Assembly: GCA_951406725.2 (NCBI GenBank)
Contig: OX597823.1
Location: forward strand, 37,820,001-37,884,000
DNA from: Octopus vulgaris
Lineage: Eukaryota
Reading direction: 5' to 3'
Length of the DNA stretch: 64,000 nucleotides
Below the pieces are notes generated by a model, which was not told where the DNA came from, made no database searches, and saw nothing but the letters and a program-made list of their open reading frames with translations. The translations under genes were made by a program, and so were the position numbers. Positions 14,427 through 26,665 of this stretch are shown here, piece by piece (positions within the stretch are counted from its first letter, which is position 1; each line of letters starts with the position of its first letter).

Positions 14427-14650
14427 TTTTTCAGTTGCGTACAGCTGATGATTCACCAGACACAAACTTATATCAGCTGTAGGTATTAATTTCAGCAGAA
14501 TATTTGATTCCTCTGAACAATGATCATTTGGCCAATATGTGCTAGAATCTTCTAGAAACGGCTCCTGTGATAATTTGGTTTCTTATCAAAGGGATTTTTC
14601 ATCTGATATATCTGATTTATTCTTTTTAAATCTACTGAATATTTTAGTAT
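14427..14650 (-). pseudogene. Putative decayed duplicate of the P4HA-B LCR exon
   Basis: Pyrimidine-rich cattcag acceptor in phase 1, AAA|GTACTT donor in phase 0; frame reads DTKIFSRFKKNKSDISDEKSL**ETK...SLCLVNHQLYATEK with TGA TAA at 14583-14588; shares a ~35 bp downstream intronic motif with the 15434-15597 exon. Confidence 0.4.
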
Positions 14651-15433
14651 CTGAATGGATGTAGGAGGTGGACATGATGGACGGTTAGGCAAGAAGTCAA
14701 GGTAAGTGGAGCATTAAGTAAAGAGATAAGGCATACCTTATGTCTTTAGTGCACACATTAGATATATATATTGCAAGTAGGGGGAAAACAATATATGGGA
14801 GGGTTGAATTCTTTACAAAACTAGATCTGATGTAGGATTGAGACACTAACAGTGACAACAATGATGATGATGATGATGGCACTGAAGACAGCAACAGTCT
14901 CTACAATGGAGAGAACTGGAACTGGAAACTCTAATGATGACAATGATGATTATGAAGATAATGATGAAGATGGGGATGACTATATTGGAAAGAACTGGAA
15001 AATGTAAGGATGATGATGATGATGATGATGAAGGTAATGATGGTGGTGATGATGGTGATAATGAAGAGGATAAAAATGACAATGACAGTGATGATAACAA
15101 TGAAAATGCCAAGAACAATGACAATGCTGATAATAGTAATAATGATTTCAAATGTTTTTTCAAGGGCAGTTTGGGAGAGGGGATAAAGTCATAGTCATGG
15201 CCAATGCTAGTCACTGTCTGACTGACCCAGAAAGGATGCAAGGCAAAGTCAACCTTGGCAGGATTTGAACTCAGAATGCAGTGACAGGTGAAATACTGCT
15301 AAGTATTCCATCTAGTGTGCTAGCAATTCTGCCAGCTCGCCACCTGCTGATGATAGCAATAATGATAATTATAATTATGAATATAATCATAACAATAAAG
15401 ATGACAATGTTGTTGCATGCCGATACCAGTGAC

Positions 15434-15597
15434 ATCTAACTGAGCCCGGCACAATTTCTCAAAGTTATAGTAACCTATCCATTTTGGTGGTGGGCGAATC
15501 AATGGATGCAAAACTGGTTTGTTACTAGATTTCTGAAGATAATTCCGTAATTCTGTCTGCAACTGATTGTCATGGATACCACTCCCGTTCTTCTTGA
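15434..15597 (-). CDS. P4HA: P4HA-like paralog B exon (V)KKNGSGIHDNQLQTELRNYLQKSSNKPVLHPLIRPPPKWIGYYNFEKLCRAQLD; 3' boundary uncertain
   Basis: tttttcag acceptor in phase 1; FEKLCR matches the YExLCRG hallmark; donor is either weak phase-0 GAT|GTCACT (15434) or phase-1 G|GTATCG (15427). Confidence 0.75.
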
Positions 15598-16489
15598 CTG
15601 AAAAATATCAACTCTTTAATTCCTTAGGAAGTTCTGATGATGCCAAAATCATCACCATAACTTTGACAAAGTTGTTTATTTCAATACATTGCTGTTGTTG
15701 TTGTTGTTTATTTGTCATTTCTCTAATTGTAGGGGTTAGTAATGTTACTATTGTGTTGTTTGATACACAAGGGGATGCTGAAAAGTTCCTGGCTTTAAGG
15801 GTATGGGGAAAGGCTTGGTTGGAGGCCTAACCTTCTGAGTTCTTTTACTGGGCTTAGTAAAACTGAAGGACTGCTGCAATAAGTGAGTGAATCTGAGAGG
15901 CAAATACTTTGAATGATTAATTATCTTCATGTATTATCTTTTGCCCAAAGCCAAGGATGAGGTGGGGAAGAACGATCTTTGAATGTTGGGCTTCACAGAA
16001 GCAATGACATATGCCGTGCTTGAGAAGGACCTGTTAAGCCAAGTGAGATTGTAGTCATGGCCAATGCCAGTGTTGTTTAACTGGTCCATTAAAAGTACCC
16101 TTCAGTTGTTGGACAATATGCTGTGCATGTGAATACCTGTTGAATAGGATGAAATCATAGTCGTGGCCAATGCTAGTGCTGTCTGACTGGCACCCATACT
16201 GGTGGCATGTAAAGAGTACTCTTCGAGTGTTAGGCCTCATGGAGATAGTGATGTCAAGCTGAGTGAGATCATAGTCATGGCCAATGCCAGTGTAGCATAA
16301 CTGGCCTGTTAAAAGCACCCTTCAATCGTTGGGTCATATGCTATGCTTGTGAAGATCTGTTGGACCAAATGAAATTGTTGTTGTGGCCGATACCAGTGCC
16401 ATCTAACTGGCACCTGCGCCAGTGACACGTAAAAAGCCCTAAGAAAGCATTGGGTAGTGAAAGTTGACCAAGACTCTTGATATTATACC

Positions 16490-17000
16490 AATGGTCACTT
16501 GTTGCCTAAAGATCAACCTCGTCCAAGGCATCTGTTGACCCCTCCCCACTCAAACAAATGGAAACATCATGAAAATTCATGGACTGATCTCGGAGGACCA
16601 CCACTGAACAATTGATGAACTTGTCGATATAACTGGTATGTCCAGGAGCTCCTGCCAACGAATTTTGAGTTATGAATTGTGAATGGAAAGAGTTGTAGCA
16701 AAATTTGTGCCTCACTTGCTCATGGAAGATCAAAAGCAGTCACAACTGAATGCATGTTGTGAACTGAAAGAACAGTTGGAAGTTGATCTGGGCCTTTTTC
16801 GAAGGTCATCACTGGTGATGAAAGCTGGTGCTGCAGAATTTGCATATGTAGAAGAGGTGAAAAAAAACAACAGTGGCATTGAAAGGCATCACTTCACAAG
16901 AGTTCCAGAACTGCTCCGAAAAGTGGAAAACACATCTAGACTGACGCATTGCTTCAAATGGATAATACTCTGAAGGCAATAAAAGTGTAAACATGTAAAA
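16490..17000 (+). mobile_element. Partial second copy of the deleted mariner family seen at 3947-4777
   Basis: Colinear high similarity to about 4220-4720, including the same internal deletion junction. Confidence 0.78.
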
Positions 17001-17325
17001 CTCTCTTCTGCTTTTAATTATCTGAAATCTTCTTTTGAGAAAGGAAATGGTTTCTAACAAAGATACAAAGCTCCTCATCAGAATGTAAATAAAAAAACAA
17101 ATTCACATTTTAAACTTGAGAAAAGTCTTGTATATTTTCACTGTTCCACTTATAGATAGTATTTTTAATGTATGAATTAGCTAGTTGATTTCATTTTATA
17201 AAAACCCTAGCTTATATGTATGCATGTGTGTCTATAAATGTGTGTGTGTGTGTGTGTGTGTAAAACAACTTTTCCCTAAAATTTTTTTATTAGGTTTTCA
17301 TCAATTCATTCAAAATTGTACTCAC

Positions 17326-17371
17326 CAATCAACTGTTGGATAGAATCAGCTGATAGATCTGGTCTTCCAAG
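17326..17371 (-). CDS. P4HA: P4HA-like paralog B small exon LGRPDLSADSIQQLI
   Basis: ttttgtag acceptor, G|GTGAGT donor, 46 nt, phase 0-1; positional counterpart of paralog A exon 53486-53537. Confidence 0.75.
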
Positions 17372-19280
17372 CTACAAAATAATGTAAAAATCAGCCAAAT
17401 ATTTTCATTGAATCCATTCCATCACATACTGTACTATTTAAGAAAGCACATCTCTATCATTTTATACATCTCTAATGTTAATCTTAAGTTATTCTTTTCA
17501 GATAATGATGGCCATGATTTAAAATAGCTTCATCTTGGGCAGACATCTTAATCTTGGATTCTGAGGCAGAGATCTTGATCCTGTGACTTATATATCTTGA
17601 GCATTACCAGTGGATTAGTTGAATTGGTTGAGTATCAGACAAAAGGCAGCTCCATCAAAGAGATGAGCTTCAGGAAAACAAACTTCACAAATGGCAATCA
17701 CACAAACTAACATGCTCTAGGTACTGCAGCATTGATACATGCCTATGTGCCACCTACCCAACTATACTGATCCCTCTACACAGAAGATATTAGCAGAATG
17801 TGGGTTTTATATCTAAAGTAGTTCATCCATTCCACAACAAAAGACCAAGCACTCTAACCTGGTCAAATAAAAAAGCATTATGGCAGGTGTTGTATGTGTT
17901 GCTAACATAGCACACACTTTTAGGGATCACTTCCTCTCATCTCATTTCTGGGTGAGGTTTACCATACTGCTCATTAACTATTTCAATTCCTCTCTACTGG
18001 GAGATTTGGACCAATTCAGACCCAATTGTTTTAACAGGCACTAAGGGTCCATCACCCTGGATGCTAGCTGGTGTGGGTATGTCTCTCCAGGTGCCAAGTA
18101 GCAAATCTTCTGACTTGTGGCTGATCAAACTGAGGATTTCAGATTGATCCAAATAGACCAGAACTCCATCACAGCCACATTCATTATCTACCTCTTCTAT
18201 GATGTAGAGGTTGTCATAGATAGATTGCCAAGAATCACACAGGCCTGCATGCTTCTGGTCACACTATATCAATGGTAAGTGTCAATCTCTTCATGAGCAC
18301 CTTGGCCAACATTTTAAATTCTACATGCTTTGCAGAATAATAAACCAGAAATAGTCAATGATATCACCTTTGTTTGCAGCCTTCTTCAACTGCACCACCA
18401 CTACCTGGTTAACACAACTGGAAATGTCCCCAGTCTCTTAGTAATTGTGATAGATGTCTGCTAAAATACATGTATCCTTAAAACTAACAACAGACAAACA
18501 ATCCAAACAAAGTGATTTATTTTTTTTTACACCTGCCACTCACTAGCAAATGTACCTCAGCTACTGTAATTGTTTTTTGTAAGATTCCACCTCTTCTACT
18601 AAGAATTATGGAAGGCTGTTGAAATAGGTGCCAATGTCCACCATTTCCAGTTCACAACTACTCCCTGTTAGACACCAGCATACATCTACTTAGAATCAAG
18701 TAAATGTTTGTTGCTGCCCACCAAAAATATAACTGTGTCTTTGTTGTCATGTGACATCTCTATCATCAGGACCTATTGAATATCATTCCCACCTTCAGGT
18801 ATAAGAGTACACATCTTATCTTTGGTAAAGCAACTTTTGAGCTTTACATAGGAAAAATTCCACAGTGTCATTTTCACTACTAGTACATTGTTTACCTTAT
18901 TTGATGCTTTTTTAAGGTCTCCTCTTTTAATTAGGTAATTCCTTCTCTAATCTGTTGCTATGCTGGATTGGGAAAATCTCCCCAAAGCCCACTATTTATA
19001 TAAAGCTTTCACCCTTTTTCTCATTTTTTTGTAACTTTATTAAGTCCACTACCACATGTATTGTAACCCTTATTTATATACCGTTGTAAGTTTGAAAGGG
19101 TCTTGGTACCGATAATAAAGAAATTTATGTTGTTTTTTTACTACTGTCCTCATTGTTTTTGAGTCCTTGTGGCCAATAAAAAGACAATTATTATTATTGT
19201 TAATGTTGTTGTTGTTACTGTTATGTGTGAATTCTTGACAAACAAACAAATAAAAAAAGACAAAATTGCTGCACAATTAC

Positions 19281-19609
19281 CTTATAAAGTATGGCTGCCA
19301 TTGACATATGGGCTTTAGTGAGTAAATGTTGTGATGCTGTGTCTGTACCAAGTATGCTAATGGTATAATTATACCATTTCACAGCTTCCCAGTCCATTTC
19401 CATGTCCTGGGCCACATCAGCAATGCTAAGACATTGTGTCGTCTCTAAAGCCATAGTTCTCTTTCCCAGCAGATTCCCTCTTGCCAGTTGATACAGTGGT
19501 ACTTGGTATATTTCTACAATCCGTAGAAGTCCAAGTGATGCCCCCTGAAGGTCGTCTGTGTCTGGCCACATTTCTGAGTCTTGTATGAATTTGGCAGTGT
19601 GTAAGAATT
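19281..19609 (-). CDS. P4HA: P4HA-like paralog B exon (K)FLHTAK...WPDTDDLQGASLGLLRIVEIYQV...WEAVKWY...AAILYK
   Basis: gttatag acceptor, AAG|GTAATT donor, 329 nt, phase 1-0; P..DL.GA..LLR...Y motif of the N-terminal/peptide-binding region. Confidence 0.9.
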
Positions 19610-20656
19610 CTATAACAGAAGAATATGTTAAGTAATGGCATTGCTCCAGCATGGCATCACCCAGTGACTGGAACCAGTAAAATAGTAAATGCAAAATATG
19701 TAAATAAGCTGGATATTTAAGAATTTTAAGTAGTGGCAGGATTAGAAAATAAAGCTACTTGGTTTAATATTGGTTTCAAATTTTGGCACTAGGTCATCAA
19801 TTTTAGGGGAAGAAAAGTCGATTATATTGGCCCCAGCATACAACTGATACTTATTTTATCAACCCCAAAAAGATGAACGGCAAAGTCAACCTTGGCAGCA
19901 TTTGAACTTAAAATGTAAACATGGATGAAATAATACTAAACATTTTGTTTGGCAAGCTAATGATTCTGCCAGCGTGCTGCCTTTATGTCCAGTAACATAA
20001 TCAAGAATGATGCGGAGTTACTTCTTTTAACTTCTCCTCTCATACTGATATTTACTATCAACTACACCACCCTTGCACATCCTTCACTACATAACCTTCT
20101 TCACTCATCTCCAACCACTTATTACTCTCCTCCCAATCTCCTATGAATTCATCCAGCCAACCCTCCTCATCCTCAGTCTGTATTCTCTCTTATAATCATC
20201 TTCTTGCACCTCGAGAGTATACTCTGACATCTACCAACTTATCTTCTTCCCAGATATCCACATTGCCCTTACATAATGCAGGGTAGCCATGTATTTCTTC
20301 TATAACAAGACACTTGTACCTGTCCCACTGTTATACTTTGACCTCTCCACACTTGGCATAAAGCCACCCCATCCTCCCCTACAACCCCCCTCAGCTGAGG
20401 GGATTTCTTCTTTCTCTTTGTTTTGCAAGTTACTTGGTAACCTCGCTAGTGCTGGTGTCATAGCAAAAACAAAAACAAAAAAACTGCTCTATACATTCTG
20501 TAAGGTGGTTGGTAATAGCAAGGGCATCCAGCCATAGAAACCATACCTGAGCATATTTTGGAGCTTTACTCAGTCCTCCTGCTTGTTGGATCCTATCAAA
20601 CAATTCAATCCATACTAGTATGGAAAATAGTCATTAAATGATGATGATGATGATAT

Positions 20657-20891
20657 ACCTATTTCTTTACTACTCACAAGGGGCTAAACACAGAGAGGAC
20701 AAACGAGGACAGACAAACGTATTAAGTCGATTATATTGACCCCAGTGTGTAACTGGTACTTAATTTATCAACCCCAAAAGGATGAAAGGCAAAGTCGACC
20801 TCGGTGGAATTTGAACTCAGAACGTAGCGGCAGACGAAATACTGCTAAGCATTTCACCCAGCGTGCTAATGTTTCTGCCAGCTCGCCGCCT
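20657..20891 (-). mobile_element. tRNA-derived SINE (abundant family; other copies near 10219, 32605, 35637, 43897-44137)
   Basis: Head aggcggcgagctggcagaa...gttctgagttcaaattcc and core ctttgcctttcatccttt(c/t)ggggt(c/t)gataaa recur many times in the window. Confidence 0.8.
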
Positions 20892-21897
20892 GAATAATGA
20901 TGATACACTATCAGCTACCATAGCTGGTGTGGCACCTCATGAAAATGTAGGAGGACATAATTGTTTTTTTTAGCTAAGCAGCACATTCCCCACCAACTTA
21001 AACTGTTAATGAATTTGTTATATATTATTAAGACGAACCCTACACATTCTTTATCATTATTTACCATAATACATTCAAATATTAAATCTATTTATCTATA
21101 TTTACTGTAAACAATGGTGACATTGGAGATTCCACTTTCCAAATGTACATTCAAATGACAATATACAACCAATCACAAAAATGATAAGGACAACTGATTA
21201 AAAATAGAATATACAAAATTATAATGTTCAACTCATTTGCAATTCAGTTGCATTCCTCAACATTTTGTGTTCAAATTCTACTGGTGTCAACTCAGACTAT
21301 CATCTTTATTTTGGTTCAATAAAATGAACATACATGTCAGTCATGTTGTCATCATTATCATCATCACCATTGTCATTATCATCATCATAAGCATTGGCAT
21401 CCTTCTGTGTTCAGAATCTGATTCCACTGAATTTATATCCACATTGTCTAAATTGACTGGATAAGCCTACATGTAACCTGACTTTGAGGACATGAGAAAT
21501 GGGCCCACAGTTGTGTTCAGGAATCCTTGTTTGTTGGCCTCCATCCTGTCCATGTACCATTTGTTAGCCTCCTCATTATTGCTACTTTCAAAGAAATCAC
21601 ACCCAACATGGCATTTTCTTTTGTAGAGTTGACTATCTGCTACATCAATTGACCAACTTTAGTTGATCTTTGTATCGCTACCTTAGTACTGTTGCTTTTA
21701 CTATTTAGATTTAAAGACAAGATCTGCTTCTAACTGTAATGTCTTTCTTTCCTCAACATTTGAGTCTGCTGATGTTAGTTATTTCTCTTGCTTGCTGGTT
21801 TGAAATACCCTCAAGAGATTTATTTGTCTTCTAATTAGAAGGATAATCTCAGTTATTTGAAGTTTTTCAATCCTAATATTATGTATGTGACACTCTA

Positions 21898-21971
<74 letters not shown>

Positions 21972-21976
21972 AGTAT

Positions 21977-22230
21977 AGGAAAGAATGGAGCTGAGCGAAG
22001 ATTTAACAAAATTCCTTTATTTTATTTTCGACATATGTTTCGAAGTCTGCAAAATTCTAATTCCGAATGAATAAGGAGTCCATTATGCAGCTTTCTCTTC
22101 AGGAAAATCCAGGAACTGCATAATGGACTCCTTATTCATTCGGAATTAGGAATTTTGCAGACTTTGAAACATATGTCGAAAATAAAATAAAGGAATTTTG
22201 TTAAATCTTCGCTCAGCTTCATTCTTTCCT
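21977..22230. repeat. Long inverted repeat (114/115 bp arms, 25 nt spacer), Penelope-like terminus, next to (TA)n
   Basis: Arms 21977-22090 and 22116-22230 are reverse complements with about 2 mismatches and 1 indel. Confidence 0.92.
22024..22108 (-). ncRNA. Type I hammerhead ribozyme (Penelope-like minimal/dimeric type)
   Basis: Minus strand reads attttc-CTGAAGA-gaaagctgca...tgcagacttc-GAAA-catatg-TC-gaaaat: 6-bp stem I, intact core, palindromic stem III acatatgt, GUC cleavage triplet. Confidence 0.72.
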
Positions 22231-23558
22231 TGCCCTATGGTTGTAACAAATATATATATATATATGCTGCAATGCTGAAATGAATTGATAGATTCACATA
22301 TAACACATATATACATCTTTCTTTTTTTTTTTCCTCTGATGAAATTATACTCATGTTACATAAGTGTAAATTTAATGTACAAATTTATAATTAAATCATT
22401 GAGTATTAATTGAAATGGCTGCAAGAAGTGAAGATGACCAATTTGTTAATAATAAGCAATTATTAACTTCCTTATCTCCATTTTCTTTTAAATGGATATA
22501 AACTATATTCTTAATACATACCTATTGTTTTAAGGGAATTTCATTCCCCCAAAACACTAAGTATTGAACGAGTATCTCCTTTGATGCAACCATCCCTTCA
22601 TGAGGTTAACATATCTTCTAATTAGATACACACATACGCACACACACACACACACACTAACAGTATTTTCCAGCATACAAGCTGATGTAGTATATAGTGT
22701 AAATATTCAAACATTCTCACTAACTTTCCAAACTCTGCTACTTTTCACATGAAATTTTTGATCCTGCTAAGTCATCTTGGTGTATAAGTCAATCTACTCA
22801 TTCTGACTGTAAATTTTGGTCTGAAAAAGTTCAACTTGTATGCTAGACAATTCGATATGTGTATGTATATATGCACATATTTTTGAAAGCAAAGTTTTTA
22901 TTTTTTCATCACATATTTAATCTTATTTAATTAAAACTAAACAAAATTTTTTACAAAATCCATCATTGACCTTAGTAGGATTTGAACTTGTAACACAGAG
23001 AGCTGGAGCAAATACCACAAGTTATTCTATCTGATGCAGTAATAACTTTGCCAGTTTGCTGTTATCATATTATAATTAATAAAAGACAGATGGAAAGATG
23101 GTTAGAAGTATTATGGATCCTTGGTTACATTTCACCATCTTAGTCTCATTTATTTGTGGCTTAGTCTGAATAAGGTCTTTGGGGATAGAGAACAGAGGGG
23201 AAGAAACCACAACCCATGGCTTGTGGATAAGTGGTGTACTCATATATTGAGTTATCTCTAGAGTGGTTGATCTGTCTAAATGTCTTGCAATAGAGTGGAA
23301 TCTACTAAAGGTACTCAGTGGTAAAAAGGTTGTGTTAAGTCAGGCAATAGTCTACTACTCAAAAATATGCACACTTATATAGGCTTAAGCACTGTTTTTG
23401 TCTAACCAATTTTGCTCATGATGCTTGGGTTGATCTAGGGTCATACGAAAATACATATACATAGTGTTGTGCTGTGGGATTGAATCTGGATTGACATTAT
23501 TGCAAACTAAAGTTCTTAAGCACATGAAACTAAATGTCAATTTTATTGTGGTACTTAC

Positions 23559-23734
23559 TGTTTGCAAATGTTTCTGACTCTGGTGTAACATGTTCAGTCC
23601 TTAATATCATTTTTAATATATCCTTTATTTGGCGCCATTCATACAAGAATCTGTGAACAAGCTGATAACTATTCACTGGATTTCCTACTTGTCTGCCTTC
23701 TTGGGACAACTTGTGTTCAGTTTCCACAACAAAT
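23559..23734 (-). CDS. P4HA: P4HA-like paralog B coding exon 2 (R)FVVETEHKLSQEGRQVGNPVNSYQLVHRFLYEWRQI...FAN
   Basis: cactgcag acceptor, A|GTAAGT donor, 176 nt, phase 2-1; NPVN.Y.L..R...W motif. Confidence 0.9.
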
Positions 23735-24769
23735 CTGCAGTGAATTATTATGTTACATAATGGATGGAATCAGAAAAATCATGTTTTATTTATCTGTTTA
23801 TAAACTTAATGTAACGAAATGCTGGGTTAGATACTGTTAGTTTCATTTGTCTACTTTCTGAGTTCAAATCACACTGAGATTGATTATCTCTTTCACCTCT
23901 TCAGCATTGTTAATATAAATATTTGTCCCCACTTAAACATGGATTATCTGTTAGAACAAACTGTACTGTGGTAGATACCATGAGAGAAACTCTCATATTG
24001 GCTTTTGGTGCAAAATGCGCTCTTGTTTATATTGCTAGCAGGGAGATAAATTCATACCCTCTCCAGTGCTGAGACCATCAGATCACGTGATTTTGACCTT
24101 TCTTGGTCTTGTCAATAATGGATGCTTGACCACTGGAGATAGGAGTAACTCATCTCTAGCCAGCAATATATAGACAACAGTGCCAGAACAGGCACTGCTG
24201 TTGTGATTAACCAGTGAGCTTGTTAAAAATATATATATTAGTGACAAAGGCAATATAAATACTGAGAGGTAATATTTATCCCCACATGAATGTGAATGAT
24301 CTGTTAAAACAAACTTTACTGTGGTAGATAATACGAAAGACACTCTTATATTTTGCTTTTGGTGCAAAATACACACTTCTTTATATCACTAGTGAGGAGA
24401 TAAATCCCTAAAGTATCAAAATGATAAATTATCATGTTCATGGATAACAGTGACTATCAAATCAATGATTTTGATATTAATTCTTAATGCCTTCCTGAAG
24501 ATTTGAAAGTAAATATATTACTGACTGTTGAATTTTGTCTTCTGATTAATGTGTGTTGATAATACACTTAATACATTGAGGTAAAGGGACTCTGACACTC
24601 CTGTACTAGCACTAGGCTTGTACTCATTTTCAGCTGAGAGAGACACACACACACAAACACAGACAGAGGAAGAGAGGATGGATAGCTAGATAGATACAGA
24701 TGGAGAGAGAGAGAGAATAGATAGAAAGATAGATAGATAGATAGATATAGAGAGACACAGACAGACAGA

Positions 24770-24819
<50 letters not shown>

Positions 24820-24934
24820 GAATAAAAATTTATATATAAAGAATGTGAAATACACGAAGGGACGAACACGGAAAACAGACAAGTCATTCGAAGCCTTCAA
24901 TCTTCAGTCAGAAACCGAATCATCATGGCATATT

Positions 24935-25085
<151 letters not shown>

Positions 25086-25271
25086 GGGGATAAATAGATA
25101 GATAGATAAATAGATAGATAGTAGACAAATAGACAGGCTGACAAAATAGACTGATACACAGATAAACAGGTGGATAAAAAGGTAGTTAAACAGAAAGACA
25201 GAAAGAGAGGGATAGATGGACAGACAAGACTGACAGACAGATAAATAAATATGTGGACAGGTTAGGAGAGA

Positions 25272-25312
<41 letters not shown>

Positions 25313-25413
25313 AGGTTGGTAGATAAGGGAGGAGTGGAAAGAAAATGTGTGTTTGGATGTTTATAAATATTTCCCGGTCAGTAAAATGAATTAAGCAAAT
25401 TTTTTTTTCTTAC

Positions 25414-25625
25414 CTGATAATATCGTTCATATTTTGGCCACCAATATCTCGAGATTCAATACCATTTTGACTTTGAATGAATTTCCCGAGAGAACTCAAT
25501 AAAACCAATTCTAGATTGGCTAAAACTTTCAGTTTCACAACAGACGAGAAGACCTCAGCATTGATATTCAAGGCTATTTGTGAGGACCACACCAGTAAAA
25601 AAGCAGTGACTGTCTGCTTGAACAT
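25414..25625 (-). CDS. P4HA: P4HA-like paralog B first coding exon: signal peptide + EVFSSVVKLKVLANLE
   Basis: ATG at 25625, hydrophobic leader ending INA|E, E.FSS...L..L...E motif, AG|GTAAGA phase-2 donor. Confidence 0.88.
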
Positions 25626-26665
25626 GATGTGTGTGCATATATATATATATATGTGTGTGTGTGTGTTAGTGTGTTAATATATTCATGTATAAGTATATTT
25701 ATATATATAATGTGTATGTATCTGTGTATTTTTGTATAATGTGTGCTTGCCTGTTGCTGTATCTGTCTTCTGTATGTTTCTATTTATGTATGTATGTTTC
25801 TATTTATGTATGTATGTATGTATGTGTGTGTGTGTGTATGAAAGATATTTGTAACTGTATTGTTAATTTCAACTTTCCAGTCTTAGATATTGTAAATCCT
25901 TAAATCCTTAAAAATGTTTTAACCCGAAGGCCGCGGCCATGCTGGGTCATGTAAAATATATCAGCACAAACACAACATGATCCAATATATATTGCTTGTA
26001 CAGTATATCTGTACATTATTTATGTATATCAACACAAATACAAGAAGGATCCGGTCAAAAGAATCAAAGCTACTGAAGTATTTTCAAATGAGTGTGCATG
26101 TATGGTGTATGTGTGTACATGTGTGTGTGTGTGTGTATGTGTGTGCTCAGTTACTTTTTCTTTCCCTCCTGAATCTAGAATCCAGTAAAGACAAGTCATG
26201 ATTAACCAAGGGAGGAAGAGACAAATCTCTATTGATTTTTAGCAAGTATGTTGTTTTTACATGCTTGCTTAATAAATCACATCTTTTTGGTGATTTGTGT
26301 TTGGACAAGTCAGAGAAAGCTATCTGTCAGACACATTTAGTGAATCTGAACATTAGTTTCCTTGGTCAGTTCTTTTCTGCTGAGATGCAGTGAAATGTTT
26401 GAAAGAATGCTGATAGCATCACTTTTAACCTGGCTTCTGTGTCACATTAATAGCAACATCCTATGCTTTTCCTTCCAATATATTCCATTGATTTTTGAAG
26501 TGAATCTCTGAAACATTTATGTGACTATATGTATGTTTGACCGTCCATTTGTCCATCCAGCCATCAATTCATTTATCTATATATCTATCTGTCCATCTAA
26601 TCAATCTAGCTTGAGATAAGTATCATTTAATAAATAAAGGGTTATCAAGTTTCATACTCAGATAA

